Origin: Candidatus Bathyarchaeota archaeon
GTDB lineage: Archaea > Thermoproteota > Bathyarchaeia > Bathyarchaeales > Bathycorpusculaceae
Assembly (NCBI GenBank): GCA_963782525.1
Contig: CAWAKC010000009.1
Location: forward strand, 128,001 to 192,000
DNA length: 64,000 nt
Reading direction: 5' to 3'
The translations under genes and the position numbers were made by a program. The notes under the pieces are model-generated. The model worked only from the letters and a program-made list of their open reading frames with translations. It was not told where the DNA came from and did no database searches. Positions 9,673-19,022 of the stretch are shown here, piece by piece. Positions within the stretch are counted from its first letter, which is position 1; each line of letters opens with the position of its first letter.

Positions 9673-10781
9673 TATTGTCCAACTCCGATAGAGTTGCCGA
9701 CACCGACGATTATGACTTTGTCGCCTTCTTTGGTGCGCTCCAAAACGACCGCTTTAACGCGTTCGATGACTTTGTCGGTTGCATCGTTGATTTCTTTTCG
9801 CATTGGGGAAACTGCGTCGCCGATGTCTTCTTTGATGATGACTGCGTAGTTGGGGATTTTGTATTTTGTTAGTGATTCTTCAATCTTGAATGCGTCAACG
9901 CCAGGTCCGCCGATGGCTGCACCGATGCCTTCAGAGACTTCTCCGACAAGTTCGCCTTCAAGCTTTAAGCCTGCATCAATCATAATGAGGCAACCGATTT
10001 TGCCTTCGTTTTCATCAATGACTTGTACGATAGCTTCGCCTGGTTTGCCGACGTTTCCGCCGGGTCCTTCAGCTTTAAGAACGAATGCTGTGCGTCCTTC
10101 GAACGGAACACTTGCAACAACACAATCTTTGCCAACTTTGCGTATTTCATAGCCATGCATAAGTTTGCCTGCAACCAGCGGTCCTGCGCCATCTCCGATT
10201 GGTTGCCCGTAGGCAAAGGCTTTAAGTGCGCTGCTGTATGCGTCTGCTTCTTTCATAACCATGGGCAGAATCATTTGGAGCTGCATAATAACGTAGAGGC
10301 TGAGGGTTTTTTTGCCTTGAATATAGTAGTGACGTACAACTTTGTAGATGAAGTTGAGTGCCATAGCGGCTTCCAGGGTGTTTTCAAGGTTGTTGATTTG
10401 AACGTCATCGTTTTGGACTGCGGGAGCCATAAGTCGGACTTCTTCTTTTAAGCGTTCATCTCGGACATCTAGCACATGGTCGAGTTTGTTGACGATGCCT
10501 GCTGGATCCATGTTTTGGGGACCAATGGTGAAGTAGTCGAGGTAACGGTCAACACGTGCCGCTGGGTCGGTTGTGGGTTTGCCGATTTCTTTAAGGGTTT
10601 CAATTGCGGTTTTTCTGCCTTCCTCTTTGATATGCTTGAGTTTATGCAGAGAGTTTTCGACTTCACGGATCATAACATACATTTGGATACGTTGCCCGTA
10701 GAAGATGAGTACTATAAAGAACACGTAAGAGAGTAAACTGATTATCTGGGTAATTGAATCGCTTCCGGGAATAAGACTCAC
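9672..10781 (-). CDS. DUF1512 family protein
   Basis: PIGDGAGP, GPGGNVGKPG, IDAGLKLEGE, GVGNSIG. Confidence 0.8.
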   Translation of the reverse strand: MSLIPGSDSITQIISLLSYVFFIVLIFYGQRIQMYVMIREVENSLHKLKHIKEEGRKTAIETLKEIGKPTTDPAARVDRYLDYFTIGPQNMDPAGIVNKLDHVLDVRDERLKEEVRLMAPAVQNDDVQINNLENTLEAAMALNFIYKVVRHYYIQGKKTLSLYVIMQLQMILPMVMKEADAYSSALKAFAYGQPIGDGAGPLVAGKLMHGYEIRKVGKDCVVASVPFEGRTAFVLKAEGPGGNVGKPGEAIVQVIDENEGKIGCLIMIDAGLKLEGELVGEVSEGIGAAIGGPGVDAFKIEESLTKYKIPNYAVIIKEDIGDAVSPMRKEINDATDKVIERVKAVVLERTKEGDKVIIVGVGNSIGVGQ

Positions 10782-10871
10782 TTTAAGACACCACTTCTTT
10801 TCAAAACTATAAAAAGACAGTTATAAAGCTATGCCAAATCACACTCAGAAATTTAGGAGTGAAAAGAATGT

Positions 10872-10986
10872 TGCCAGCTTTCCCAGGTTCACGTGGCCTA
10901 AGACCACACTACAGCTGGAAACGGAACACGGTTTAACTTCTGAGTTCGGAATGGGATCAGGTGGAACCCGTGCCCTTTGACCGGCA
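10872..10986 (-). rRNA. rrf: 5S rRNA (stand-alone)
   Basis: Minus strand contains CCTGATCCCATTCCGAACTCAGAAGTTAAACC; terminal helix TGCCGG/CTGGCA. Confidence 0.95.
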
Positions 10987-11181
10987 GACGAAACATAACT
11001 GTTCAACAATCCCATATATACCTTCTGCTTTGTTTTTGAAAGAAGAACCTTTTGCAATGGTTTGCATGAAACAAACTGATGTGAACGTTATCAATGATTG
11101 TTTGAAAGCTTAAACAAAGATTTTCAACATGTTAAGGCAGCAGAAAACCAATGACACCCACTCCCCAGTGTTTCTTACATG

Positions 11182-11370
11182 CTACCGTCGCTTCTGCAAA
11201 TCTTGTTTTTTGAACCAGACTAGACCTATTATGGCCACGGTTATCGCTGTCAAGGCGGCTACAGGGTTGATGGCCTGCAATGCAGCATAAGAATTAGTCA
11301 AAAACACAATTAAAGATAACATAGAAAACAAAATTATCGCTATCCCGATGGCAAAGTTTTTACGGCTCAA
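11182..11370 (-). CDS. small 2-TM membrane protein
   Basis: 62-aa ORF with two hydrophobic helices, GGAGG upstream. Confidence 0.55.
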   Translation of the reverse strand: MSRKNFAIGIAIILFSMLSLIVFLTNSYAALQAINPVAALTAITVAIIGLVWFKKQDLQKRR

Positions 11371-11563
11371 TTTTTCACTAAGCCTCCAAGTATGTAAATA
11401 GTTGGGCTGTTTTGATTTAATACTAAGGTTTAGAACAGCCTGTTCAGTGAATAGACATATGTTGAGCCCTCGAAAATTCTGTTTGATAAAACCACAGATT
11501 ACTCAATAACACAGCGCGCTAACTAAAATTAATTTGAAATGATAAAAATTTTAGGGAAAAACC

Positions 11564-11842
11564 CTAATCTTCTTCTTCAAGTTTACGTTCTTTAATTTTC
11601 AGTTCGTCTTCATCACCGATAACCTTGAAAGTTTCAGATAGCTCATGTTTATGAAGGAACTTTCTAACAATTATGCGAATATATTTTTTTGAGAGCGCTT
11701 CACCTTCACCCTTCACTGTCACGGTTTTTCCGTCTGTAGCTACGTCTCCGCCTGTTTTGTCCTTGAGGAAATCAGCTAGTTTCTCGAATAGTTTGCTTTC
11801 GTCGCCTTTTAATTCTGAAGCGTTAACTTTCATTTCAACCAT
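11564..11842 (-). CDS. ribosomal protein eL22-like
   Basis: LSKKYIRIIVRKFLHKHELSETFKVI resembles eL22 FSKRYLKYLTKKYLKK...WLRVV; acidic tail; GAGGTGA SD. Confidence 0.7.
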   Translation of the reverse strand: MVEMKVNASELKGDESKLFEKLADFLKDKTGGDVATDGKTVTVKGEGEALSKKYIRIIVRKFLHKHELSETFKVIGDEDELKIKERKLEEED

Positions 11843-11936
11843 TTTTCTTGTTCACCTCGATTCATGCTGCGCCAATTAACAGATGATTTAGCTTACTTTC
11901 TCATATCTGCTCTATTGATAAATTTTCCGCTTACAG

Positions 11937-12000
11937 TTGTCAGTTCGCCCGTCGAGTCTATCTCACAGCTTATGCTCAGACTCTAAGTGCACATCATCCA
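11937..12000 (-). ncRNA. candidate box C/D guide sRNA
   Basis: Minus strand: GATGATG (C-like), 12-nt guide, CTGA (D'), TGTGAGA (degenerate C'), guide, CTGA (D); ~62 nt; CTTAAA TATA-like ~25 nt upstream. Confidence 0.55.
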
Positions 12001-12096
12001 AACAGGTATTCAACATCAGACTTTAAGACTGTTACGCTGCCAAACTATTTTTGCTATAGAGAAACGGTTTTTATTGTTACCACCGAGTCTTTATTT

Positions 12097-12633
12097 GTGG
12101 AGTTATGGAGCATGGACCTGTTAGATGCAATCATAAATCGGAGAAGTATAAGGAACTACAAAAAACAAGAGTTATCACAATCATCTGTTGAGCGGTTGCT
12201 AGAAGCCGCTAGACAAGCACCGTCCGCTGGGAACGTTCAGCCATGGGAATTCGTGGTTGCAAGCACACAAAAAAACAAGACTGACCTATCCTTTGCAGCT
12301 TATGGACAAAAAGACCTCCAAGACGCTTCGGTTGTCATCGTTGTTTGCACTGACGAGAAACGTGCAGCAGAGGCCTATGGACTCCGAGGTAAAACATTGT
12401 ACTGTATCCAGGATACAGCTGCTGCAATTCAGAACATCCTGTTAACCGCTTGCTCAATGGGTTTAGGTACCTGTTGGATAGGCGCTTTCAAAGAAGATGA
12501 AGTAAAAAAGGTCATTAACGCACCGACATACATACGTCCCGTAGCGTTGATTCCGGTGGGCTACCCCAATGAATCGCCAAATGCCCGCCAAAGAAGACCG
12601 CTAACTGAAATTACGCACAAAGAAAATTTCTGA
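12097..12633 (+). CDS. nitroreductase family protein
   Basis: RRSIR, APSAGNVQPW, GLGTCWIG, IPVGYP. Confidence 0.92.
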   Translation: MELWSMDLLDAIINRRSIRNYKKQELSQSSVERLLEAARQAPSAGNVQPWEFVVASTQKNKTDLSFAAYGQKDLQDASVVIVVCTDEKRAAEAYGLRGKTLYCIQDTAAAIQNILLTACSMGLGTCWIGAFKEDEVKKVINAPTYIRPVALIPVGYPNESPNARQRRPLTEITHKENF

Positions 12634-12824
12634 TTTCTGATTCAGCTGAAATTACTTAGTTAAAATCTATATTTCAATATTCATAAAGTTTAAAAGCGCC
12701 TTCCACATCTATCTGAGAACTTCAATGGATGAATGTCCATGTGTGAATCGGTAGAACGCTGGTTCAACAAACATGTGTCAATTCACCAATGAAAAATCAT
12801 AATCACAGGAGGAAAAACAAAGAA

Positions 12825-12950
12825 ATGTTATCGCGAGATTGCGATGGATGCTCCCAAATGAAGCCATGCAGCAAACGATTCGGCATCGCCCATACAGGCG
12901 AAAAAGTTTACTGCCCAGATGGAACAGCCCATTTAGTTGACGGCTGCTAA
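12825..12950 (+). CDS. 41-aa Cys/His-rich microprotein
   Basis: MLSRDCDGCSQMKPCSKRFGIAHTGEKVYCPDGTAHLVDGC; GGAGG upstream, T-rich terminator downstream. Confidence 0.7.
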   Translation: MLSRDCDGCSQMKPCSKRFGIAHTGEKVYCPDGTAHLVDGC

Positions 12951-13032
12951 AACAACGACCAATATAGAGTTAGTTTAAGCAAACAATTTTTCCCTGTTTT
13001 CTTTTTATTTTATTTTTCAGTTTTCAGAATTA

Positions 13033-13440
13033 CTATTTTCCAAGTGTTTTCTTAACTTCAGCAATGATGTCTGAGAAATCTGCTTCTTTTTCAGGTTTCA
13101 TGTCTTTCTTCGAGACTTTCAAAATCGTATAATATCCCTTGCTTTTCAAGTCCTTTTCCATAGCTTTCATGGTCCGTTCGTTGCCAAATATACGGTATGT
13201 GCAAAACAGAATGGCTTATTTGCCTTCCACCTTAGACAAGCTTTCGATGAATGCTTTGGTTTCTTTGGCGGGGCTTGAGCCTTCCACTGGTGTGCCCAGG
13301 ATTATGAGGTCGTAGGTTTCGACGGTTGATGGCATCGTTCCTGACATGTCAAAGATTGGGGCTTTTGCTGTGTCGGCTATGGCTTGGGCTAAACGTTTGG
13401 TGTTGCCTGTTCTTGAAAAATAAACTACGCAAGGGTTCAT
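13033..13440 (-). pseudogene. flavodoxin interrupted by an in-frame TAA
   Basis: YFSRTGNT FMN loop; after TAA at 13216-13218 the same frame continues AILFCTYRIFGNERTMKAMEK... to TAG at 13033. Confidence 0.8.
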
Positions 13441-13540
13441 AGTTTGAATAGGCGCTACTAACCTTATAAAATCTTGCATCATAGACTATGTGGTAAGTTT
13501 AAAAGTTCAGCCAAGCAGTATTTCTTGTGAGCGAAAAACC

Positions 13541-15313
13541 ATGGATTACGCTATAATCGCCGATGCATACGAAAAAATCGAAGCAACCACCAAACGCTTA
13601 GAAATGACAGATTTGCTGGTTGAACTCCTAAACAAAACACCTAAAGACATCATTTCCAAGGTTGTATATCTAACGCAGGGCAAATTGTATCCTGATTTCA
13701 TGGGCGTGGAGATGGGAGTTGCCGAGAAACTCGCCATAAAAGCTTTATCTCGTGCTTCTGGACAAAGTGAAGGTGTAATCCAGTCAGAGCTACAGAAGAG
13801 CGGCGACATCGGCGAAACATCACAAAAACAATTAGAAAAACGCAAACAATCTACCTTCTTCACCAAAAAACTCACCGCCGAACGCGTCTACGAAACACTC
13901 GACAAACTCGCCAAAACCTCAGGCTCAGGAGCAGTGGATACGAAGATGGCGCTTCTCTGCGGCTTATTAACTGACGCCTCGCCCAAAGAAGCCAAATGGA
14001 TAATACGCACCGTCACAAGTAACTTGCGTTTGGGCGTTGCGGACATGACGGTTCTAGATGCTTTGGCTATAGCTTATGGCGGCGGAAAAGAGACACGCGA
14101 ATTCATCGAACGCGCCTACAACATCTCCTCGGACCTGGGCAGAGTCGCTAGCATCGTAGCCGAGAGGGGCATAGGAGGCATCAAAGAGTTCCAAGTAGTG
14201 GTTTTTGAACCTATAAGACCCATGTTAGCTGAGCGTTTGGGTGCACCAGAAGAGATTTTAGAGAAGTTCGGAGGCAAATGCGTAGCAGAATACAAGTACG
14301 ATGGCGAGCGTATACAAGCGCACAAAAAAGATGACAAAGTTATTTTGTTTTCCAGGCGATTGGAGAACATTTCTGATCAGTATCCCGACGCCTTGGACTT
14401 AATTAAAGAAAAAATCGATGCAAAAGAAGCAATTTTAGAAGCTGAATGCGTCGCGATGGATTTGGAAACTGGCGATATGCGCCCTTTTCAGGAATTGATG
14501 CATCGCAGACGCAAGTACGGTGTGGAAGCAGCCATCAAGGATTATCCGATTTCCCTTTTCGCCTTCGACGCACTATTCGTTGACGGCAAAGATTTAACCC
14601 AAGAGCCATTCCCAAAGAGACGCAAAACCCTCGAAAAAATTATTGCTCAAACTGACCGCATAAAACCAGCCACACAAAAACTTGTAAAAAACCCCAAGGA
14701 ACTAGAAGATTTCTTCGAGCAAGCCATAGCTGAAGGCTGCGAAGGATTAATGTGCAAATCAGTCGCCAAAGACTCCGTTTACCAAGCTGGAAGCCGCGGC
14801 TGGCTCTGGATAAAGTACAAACGCGACTACAAGAGCGAAATGAAAGACACCGTGGACCTTGTAGTTGTCGGCGCTCTTCATGGAAGAGGAAAACGCGTAG
14901 GAACTTACGGCGCACTACTCTTAGCCACCTACAACGATGAAAACGACACCTTTGAAACAGTAACCAAATGCGGCACCGGATTCACCGACAAAGATTTGGC
15001 AAAACTCTACGAAATGCTCCAGAAACATATAATTCCCCGCAAAAACAGCCGCGTGTATTCGATGCTGGAGGCAGATGTTTGGTTTGAACCATCGGAGGTT
15101 TTGGAGATTTTAGGTGCCGAAGTCACGTTAAGCCCCATCCATATGACCGCCATGAACTCCATCCGCAAAGGCGCAGGGTTAGCCATCCGTTTCCCACGCT
15201 TCACAGGCAAATACCGAACCGACAAAGCCCCAGAAGATGCAACTACCTCCAAAGAAATCGTGGAAATGTACCGTGCGCAACTAAAGAAAATCGGTGAAGA
15301 GCCAAAAAGCTAA
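13541..15313 (+). CDS. lig: ATP-dependent DNA ligase
   Basis: EYKYDGER, EGLMCK, WIKYK, DLVVVGA, RFPRF. Confidence 0.97.
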   Translation: MDYAIIADAYEKIEATTKRLEMTDLLVELLNKTPKDIISKVVYLTQGKLYPDFMGVEMGVAEKLAIKALSRASGQSEGVIQSELQKSGDIGETSQKQLEKRKQSTFFTKKLTAERVYETLDKLAKTSGSGAVDTKMALLCGLLTDASPKEAKWIIRTVTSNLRLGVADMTVLDALAIAYGGGKETREFIERAYNISSDLGRVASIVAERGIGGIKEFQVVVFEPIRPMLAERLGAPEEILEKFGGKCVAEYKYDGERIQAHKKDDKVILFSRRLENISDQYPDALDLIKEKIDAKEAILEAECVAMDLETGDMRPFQELMHRRRKYGVEAAIKDYPISLFAFDALFVDGKDLTQEPFPKRRKTLEKIIAQTDRIKPATQKLVKNPKELEDFFEQAIAEGCEGLMCKSVAKDSVYQAGSRGWLWIKYKRDYKSEMKDTVDLVVVGALHGRGKRVGTYGALLLATYNDENDTFETVTKCGTGFTDKDLAKLYEMLQKHIIPRKNSRVYSMLEADVWFEPSEVLEILGAEVTLSPIHMTAMNSIRKGAGLAIRFPRFTGKYRTDKAPEDATTSKEIVEMYRAQLKKIGEEPKS

Positions 15314-15359
15314 AACTGATAAGTCTCCTGTACCTAAGTAGTTGCGAGTGCTGATTGCT

Positions 15360-15977
15360 ATGTCGCTTGACCCAGAAAAAATGAAAACGATGATTGCCTT
15401 CAAAAAAAGGCTTGAAGATCAACTTGAAAAATTAACTGCTGAAACTAAAGAAGTCCAAGCAACCTTAGACACTGTTAACCAGATTTTGCTCGAGAAAGGG
15501 TTCAAACGTGGAGATATAAAAGAAGTCACCGCCACCCCGCCGATACCTAAAGAAGTTGTTTTACCCAAACAAGAACCTGAACCTCCAAAAGCTCCGCTGA
15601 CACAGCAACACACGGAACCCGAAAGCGTCATACCTCTAAAAACTATGTCGGATGAACCCTTAGCACTCATGTACTTTGACAAACAAACCATCCACGTTTA
15701 TCCTGATGAAACAAAAAACTTCACCGTCAACACGCCCCCTTTTACTAATTTTCTCGTTGAGAAAGTGTTCGCTAAGATGCAGGAAAAAGACAAGGAACTC
15801 GTGCGGCTTGGGCAGTTGACAGCTGAAAAAATGTTCTCCTACAACATCGTCCGTGAAGACGACCAAATCCGCGAAATAATAATCAAAAACGTCGATGACG
15901 AGCGCCTGAAAGAGTTGAAGTCGAGCATCCGCTGGACTTTCGAGAAAATGTTTGAAAAAATGAAAAGTAGCCTATAA
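15360..15977 (+). CDS. hypothetical protein with N-terminal coiled coil
   Basis: Long ORF co-directional with lig. Confidence 0.75.
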   Translation: MSLDPEKMKTMIAFKKRLEDQLEKLTAETKEVQATLDTVNQILLEKGFKRGDIKEVTATPPIPKEVVLPKQEPEPPKAPLTQQHTEPESVIPLKTMSDEPLALMYFDKQTIHVYPDETKNFTVNTPPFTNFLVEKVFAKMQEKDKELVRLGQLTAEKMFSYNIVREDDQIREIIIKNVDDERLKELKSSIRWTFEKMFEKMKSSL

Positions 15978-15980
15978 AAG

Positions 15981-16307
15981 CTACATTGAATGCTTGTTTA
16001 GGCTTTCAGTTATTCGGTTTTTGGGGCATAAACCAACGAGTCGCTCTGCTTCTTTGCCATCTTTGAAGACTATCATGGTTGGAATGCTTTGGACACCGAA
16101 TTTTTCTGCAGTTGCTGGATTCTCATCAACATCTAGTTTGCCGATGACAAATTTTCCGCTGAATTCCTTTGCTAATTCCACGATGGTTGGAGCTAAAGCG
16201 CGGCATGGACCACACCAACTAGCCCAGAAATCCACAAAAACCAGCTTGTTTTTCTTGATTGTTTCTTCAAAGTTTGCGTCAGTTACATGAAAAGGTTCAG
16301 TACTCAT
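15981..16307 (-). CDS. trxA: thioredoxin
   Basis: DFWASWCGPC, SIPT; ATG 16307 gives a typical ~108 aa. Confidence 0.93.
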   Translation of the reverse strand: MSTEPFHVTDANFEETIKKNKLVFVDFWASWCGPCRALAPTIVELAKEFSGKFVIGKLDVDENPATAEKFGVQSIPTMIVFKDGKEAERLVGLCPKNRITESLNKHSM

Positions 16308-16575
16308 GTATAATTTCTCCTGATAATAAATTAAAATTAATGATTTGTTTGATATAAAGTGTTCGTGGGCAAAAAAGCCTCTTTTCTGTTTTACTGGTTT
16401 TAGTTGTTTGGCTGTTCGGCGGTTAAGTTGCAACAGAATAACTAGGGCTCATAGCTGGAACACCAGATAATTGAATGTTGAAAAACTAAAAAACCAAAAT
16501 GAACAAACAATAGTGATTCAGATTATTCTTTAACCAACTTAAACAAAAGAAAAAAGATTAGGAGGTTAGGCAAAA

Positions 16576-16944
16576 TTATTCTATATTCCATCTTTTGACA
16601 ACTTTTACCGCTAGGAATGCAAGTAATGCAACGATAAGGAATGTGATCAAAGCTACAAGGAAGTCGCCGACTGCAAATACACCCACACTCGTAGTTGCTA
16701 GGTTGTTCATGCCTGGAATTGCTAAGCCTATTGCTGGTAGCAGTAAATCTTTGACTAACGCTTGAACTAACGTACCCAAGTACAAGGCGATAATGAAGGC
16801 AATTGCAAGCCCGAAAATCTTGTATTTAGACAGAAAATCCTTGAACTCATTCCACAAACCCTTCGGCGGCTCTGGTGGCGGCGCTTTCTCGACAGCTTCT
16901 CTAATTTTCCGCAGTTCAACTAACATTTCGTCTTCTTTACTCAA
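16576..16944 (-). CDS. mscL: MscL-family mechanosensitive channel
   Basis: EFKDFL S1 helix, LAIAFII...LVQALVKDLLLP TM1, GDFLVALITFLIVA TM2. Confidence 0.8.
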   Translation of the reverse strand: MSKEDEMLVELRKIREAVEKAPPPEPPKGLWNEFKDFLSKYKIFGLAIAFIIALYLGTLVQALVKDLLLPAIGLAIPGMNNLATTSVGVFAVGDFLVALITFLIVALLAFLAVKVVKRWNIE

Positions 16945-17113
16945 TCAAAAAACCTCTAACTATACACTAGTTGCTGAGTTTAAAAAATTACCGCTCCGAA
17001 GCACTTTTGACTTGTGATTGCCCGCTTACTCCCACAAAAACATATACCCAACTTAAAGATTGAGAACTTGATCCACAAGCACCCTACTTGTAAACAAAAA
17101 TAGGTTCCATGTT

Positions 17114-18109
17114 ATGAATCGGAAGGATCTTTACGTGCTTTTTAAAACCTCCTTTCGGGATTGGCTAAATGATAAAGCCACCCTAAGAGCAGCCGCACTC
17201 ACTTTTTTCATAATCCTACCCTTGCCAACTCTGCTTCTAGTCGTTATAGATATTTTTGCTCAGTTTTTCGGCCAAAGTCAAGCAATCCAAATGCTAATAT
17301 CACAAATAACCGCGGTCGTGGGACCTACCATGGCAGAATTATTTAGACAATTGATTACAAATGCAGGCTCACCATTTACTTCCGTTTGGACCGCAATCGT
17401 TGTAGTGGGCTTTTCAATTGGCGGAGCAATTGGCGCATTTTCAGTTTTAAGGGACGCTATGGATTGTATTTGGGAAGTGAAAGTGCCCGAGAAGTGGCCG
17501 TTATGGAAAAGGGTTAGGCAGACTATCGGTCCCTTTGTTCTTGTATCCGCACTTGGCTTAATTGTCATAGTGTGGACGGCGATAGCGAGCAGTTTGTTTA
17601 GTTTGATAAGGTTATATTCAATAAATGGGGCTTTAACCGTAATTGCGATTGCCATAGCTCAAGTAGTGTTATCGTTCGGTGTTGCAACGTTGCTTTTAGC
17701 ATTAATCTATAAGATGATTCCAGAGGCAAAAGTTCACTGGCGAGATGTAATCGTCGCGGCAATAGTAACCGGGACGGCATTTACGGTGACAAACTATATT
17801 TTTGGAACGTACATCCAAACCTTCACCGTGACTACCGTAATCGGAACTGGCGGCACATTAGTAATTATTTTGCTTTGGATTTTTGTTTTAAACCAAATTG
17901 TGCTCTTCGGAGCTGAACTCTCAAAAGTTTACGCTACAACTGTAGGAGAACACGCAAAACAACATTTGCCCGAGTCTTTAGAAAGGTTAGTTGTACCTTT
18001 AGAGAAAGCAGGCGAAATTATTGAGCAAGCATCGAAGGATGAGTTTGAAACTGAGCAAACAGCGAATGGGAAGGAACAATCGAGAAGGGAAAAATCCTCT
18101 GACAGCTAA
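17114..18109 (+). CDS. YihY/virulence factor BrkB family membrane protein
   Basis: AAALTFF, LIYKMIP, LLWIF...VLFGAE. Confidence 0.85.
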   Translation: MNRKDLYVLFKTSFRDWLNDKATLRAAALTFFIILPLPTLLLVVIDIFAQFFGQSQAIQMLISQITAVVGPTMAELFRQLITNAGSPFTSVWTAIVVVGFSIGGAIGAFSVLRDAMDCIWEVKVPEKWPLWKRVRQTIGPFVLVSALGLIVIVWTAIASSLFSLIRLYSINGALTVIAIAIAQVVLSFGVATLLLALIYKMIPEAKVHWRDVIVAAIVTGTAFTVTNYIFGTYIQTFTVTTVIGTGGTLVIILLWIFVLNQIVLFGAELSKVYATTVGEHAKQHLPESLERLVVPLEKAGEIIEQASKDEFETEQTANGKEQSRREKSSDS

Positions 18110-18195
18110 ATCCTGGGTTCAATAGTGAGTGCGTTTTATTTTTGACACACTAGTCGTTAATACGGATTTTAGGCTACTTGTAAAACGGATTAGGT

Positions 18196-18543
18196 ATGAG
18201 ACGCTCCAAACTAGAAATGTATGTTGACATCCTGAGGGTTTTAGCCCACAAAGGTCCTTTACAGATATCGCTTCTCATGTGCGAGGCTAAAGTTAACTGC
18301 AATGGTCTAGAGGAGCATTTGGGTTTTCTTATCAAGCAGGGTTTGGTCGCAGAAATTGAGGTGGGCAAAAACAGTGTTGTCTATGCAAACACGGATCGGG
18401 GGACGTCGGTTATCAGGTTTTTTGGGCAGTTGGACAAGTCGCTTCCTGCGAAACAAGAAACAGATTCTTGCACGTTTAAGATTGAAAACGGAAACCAGGG
18501 AGAATTAGTCGATTCGGAAAATTCCTGTTCCGCTAAATATTGA
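18196..18543 (+). CDS. winged-helix transcriptional regulator
   Basis: MRRSKLEMYVDIL...LIKQGLV...YANTDRG. Confidence 0.8.
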   Translation: MRRSKLEMYVDILRVLAHKGPLQISLLMCEAKVNCNGLEEHLGFLIKQGLVAEIEVGKNSVVYANTDRGTSVIRFFGQLDKSLPAKQETDSCTFKIENGNQGELVDSENSCSAKY

Positions 18544-18783
18544 GTCGTCCTCTAAACCAAAATAAGCGCAGAGTCTTTGTCCCTTTTCAGTTAAAGAATA
18601 AACCACTTTTGACCCCGAGGTTTTTTTGCGGACTATCTCCAATTTGACCAGAAAATCGAAGAATTCTTTTGTTGGGAGGGCGGGGATGCCTGCTTTGCGC
18701 ATTATTTGTTGCTGCGCCATTGAATCCGCATTCTCTAAGACCTTGATTACGGCGAGGTACATCTCCATTCTGGAAAGTCCCAA
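18505..18783 (-). CDS. winged-helix transcriptional regulator
   Basis: SRMEMYLAVIKVL...FLVKLEIV...YSLTEKG. Confidence 0.75.
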   Translation of the reverse strand: MGLSRMEMYLAVIKVLENADSMAQQQIMRKAGIPALPTKEFFDFLVKLEIVRKKTSGSKVVYSLTEKGQRLCAYFGLEDDSIFSGTGIFRID

Positions 18784-19022
18784 ATTGCATCGTCCTTTCA
18801 GGAGAAAAATGAAACCTTTCAACTATTAAGCCTTTCGACTTAAGACAGTTTTCATGAAAGAGAAAAACTAACATTTTTCAACAAAAACCGAAATAATGAC
18901 AAAAAAAATCTTTTAAGCCACGGATAAACAACGCAACTTCATTGCAAACTCGCTCAACACCAAAAAGGGGTTCAAAGAAGGTTTAAGAGAGTCTGCAGCC
19001 AAATCTAAATTGGTAAAATTTT

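Noticed and set aside
10845-11057. 70-aa minus-strand ORF
   Set aside because: Overlaps the 5S rRNA gene.
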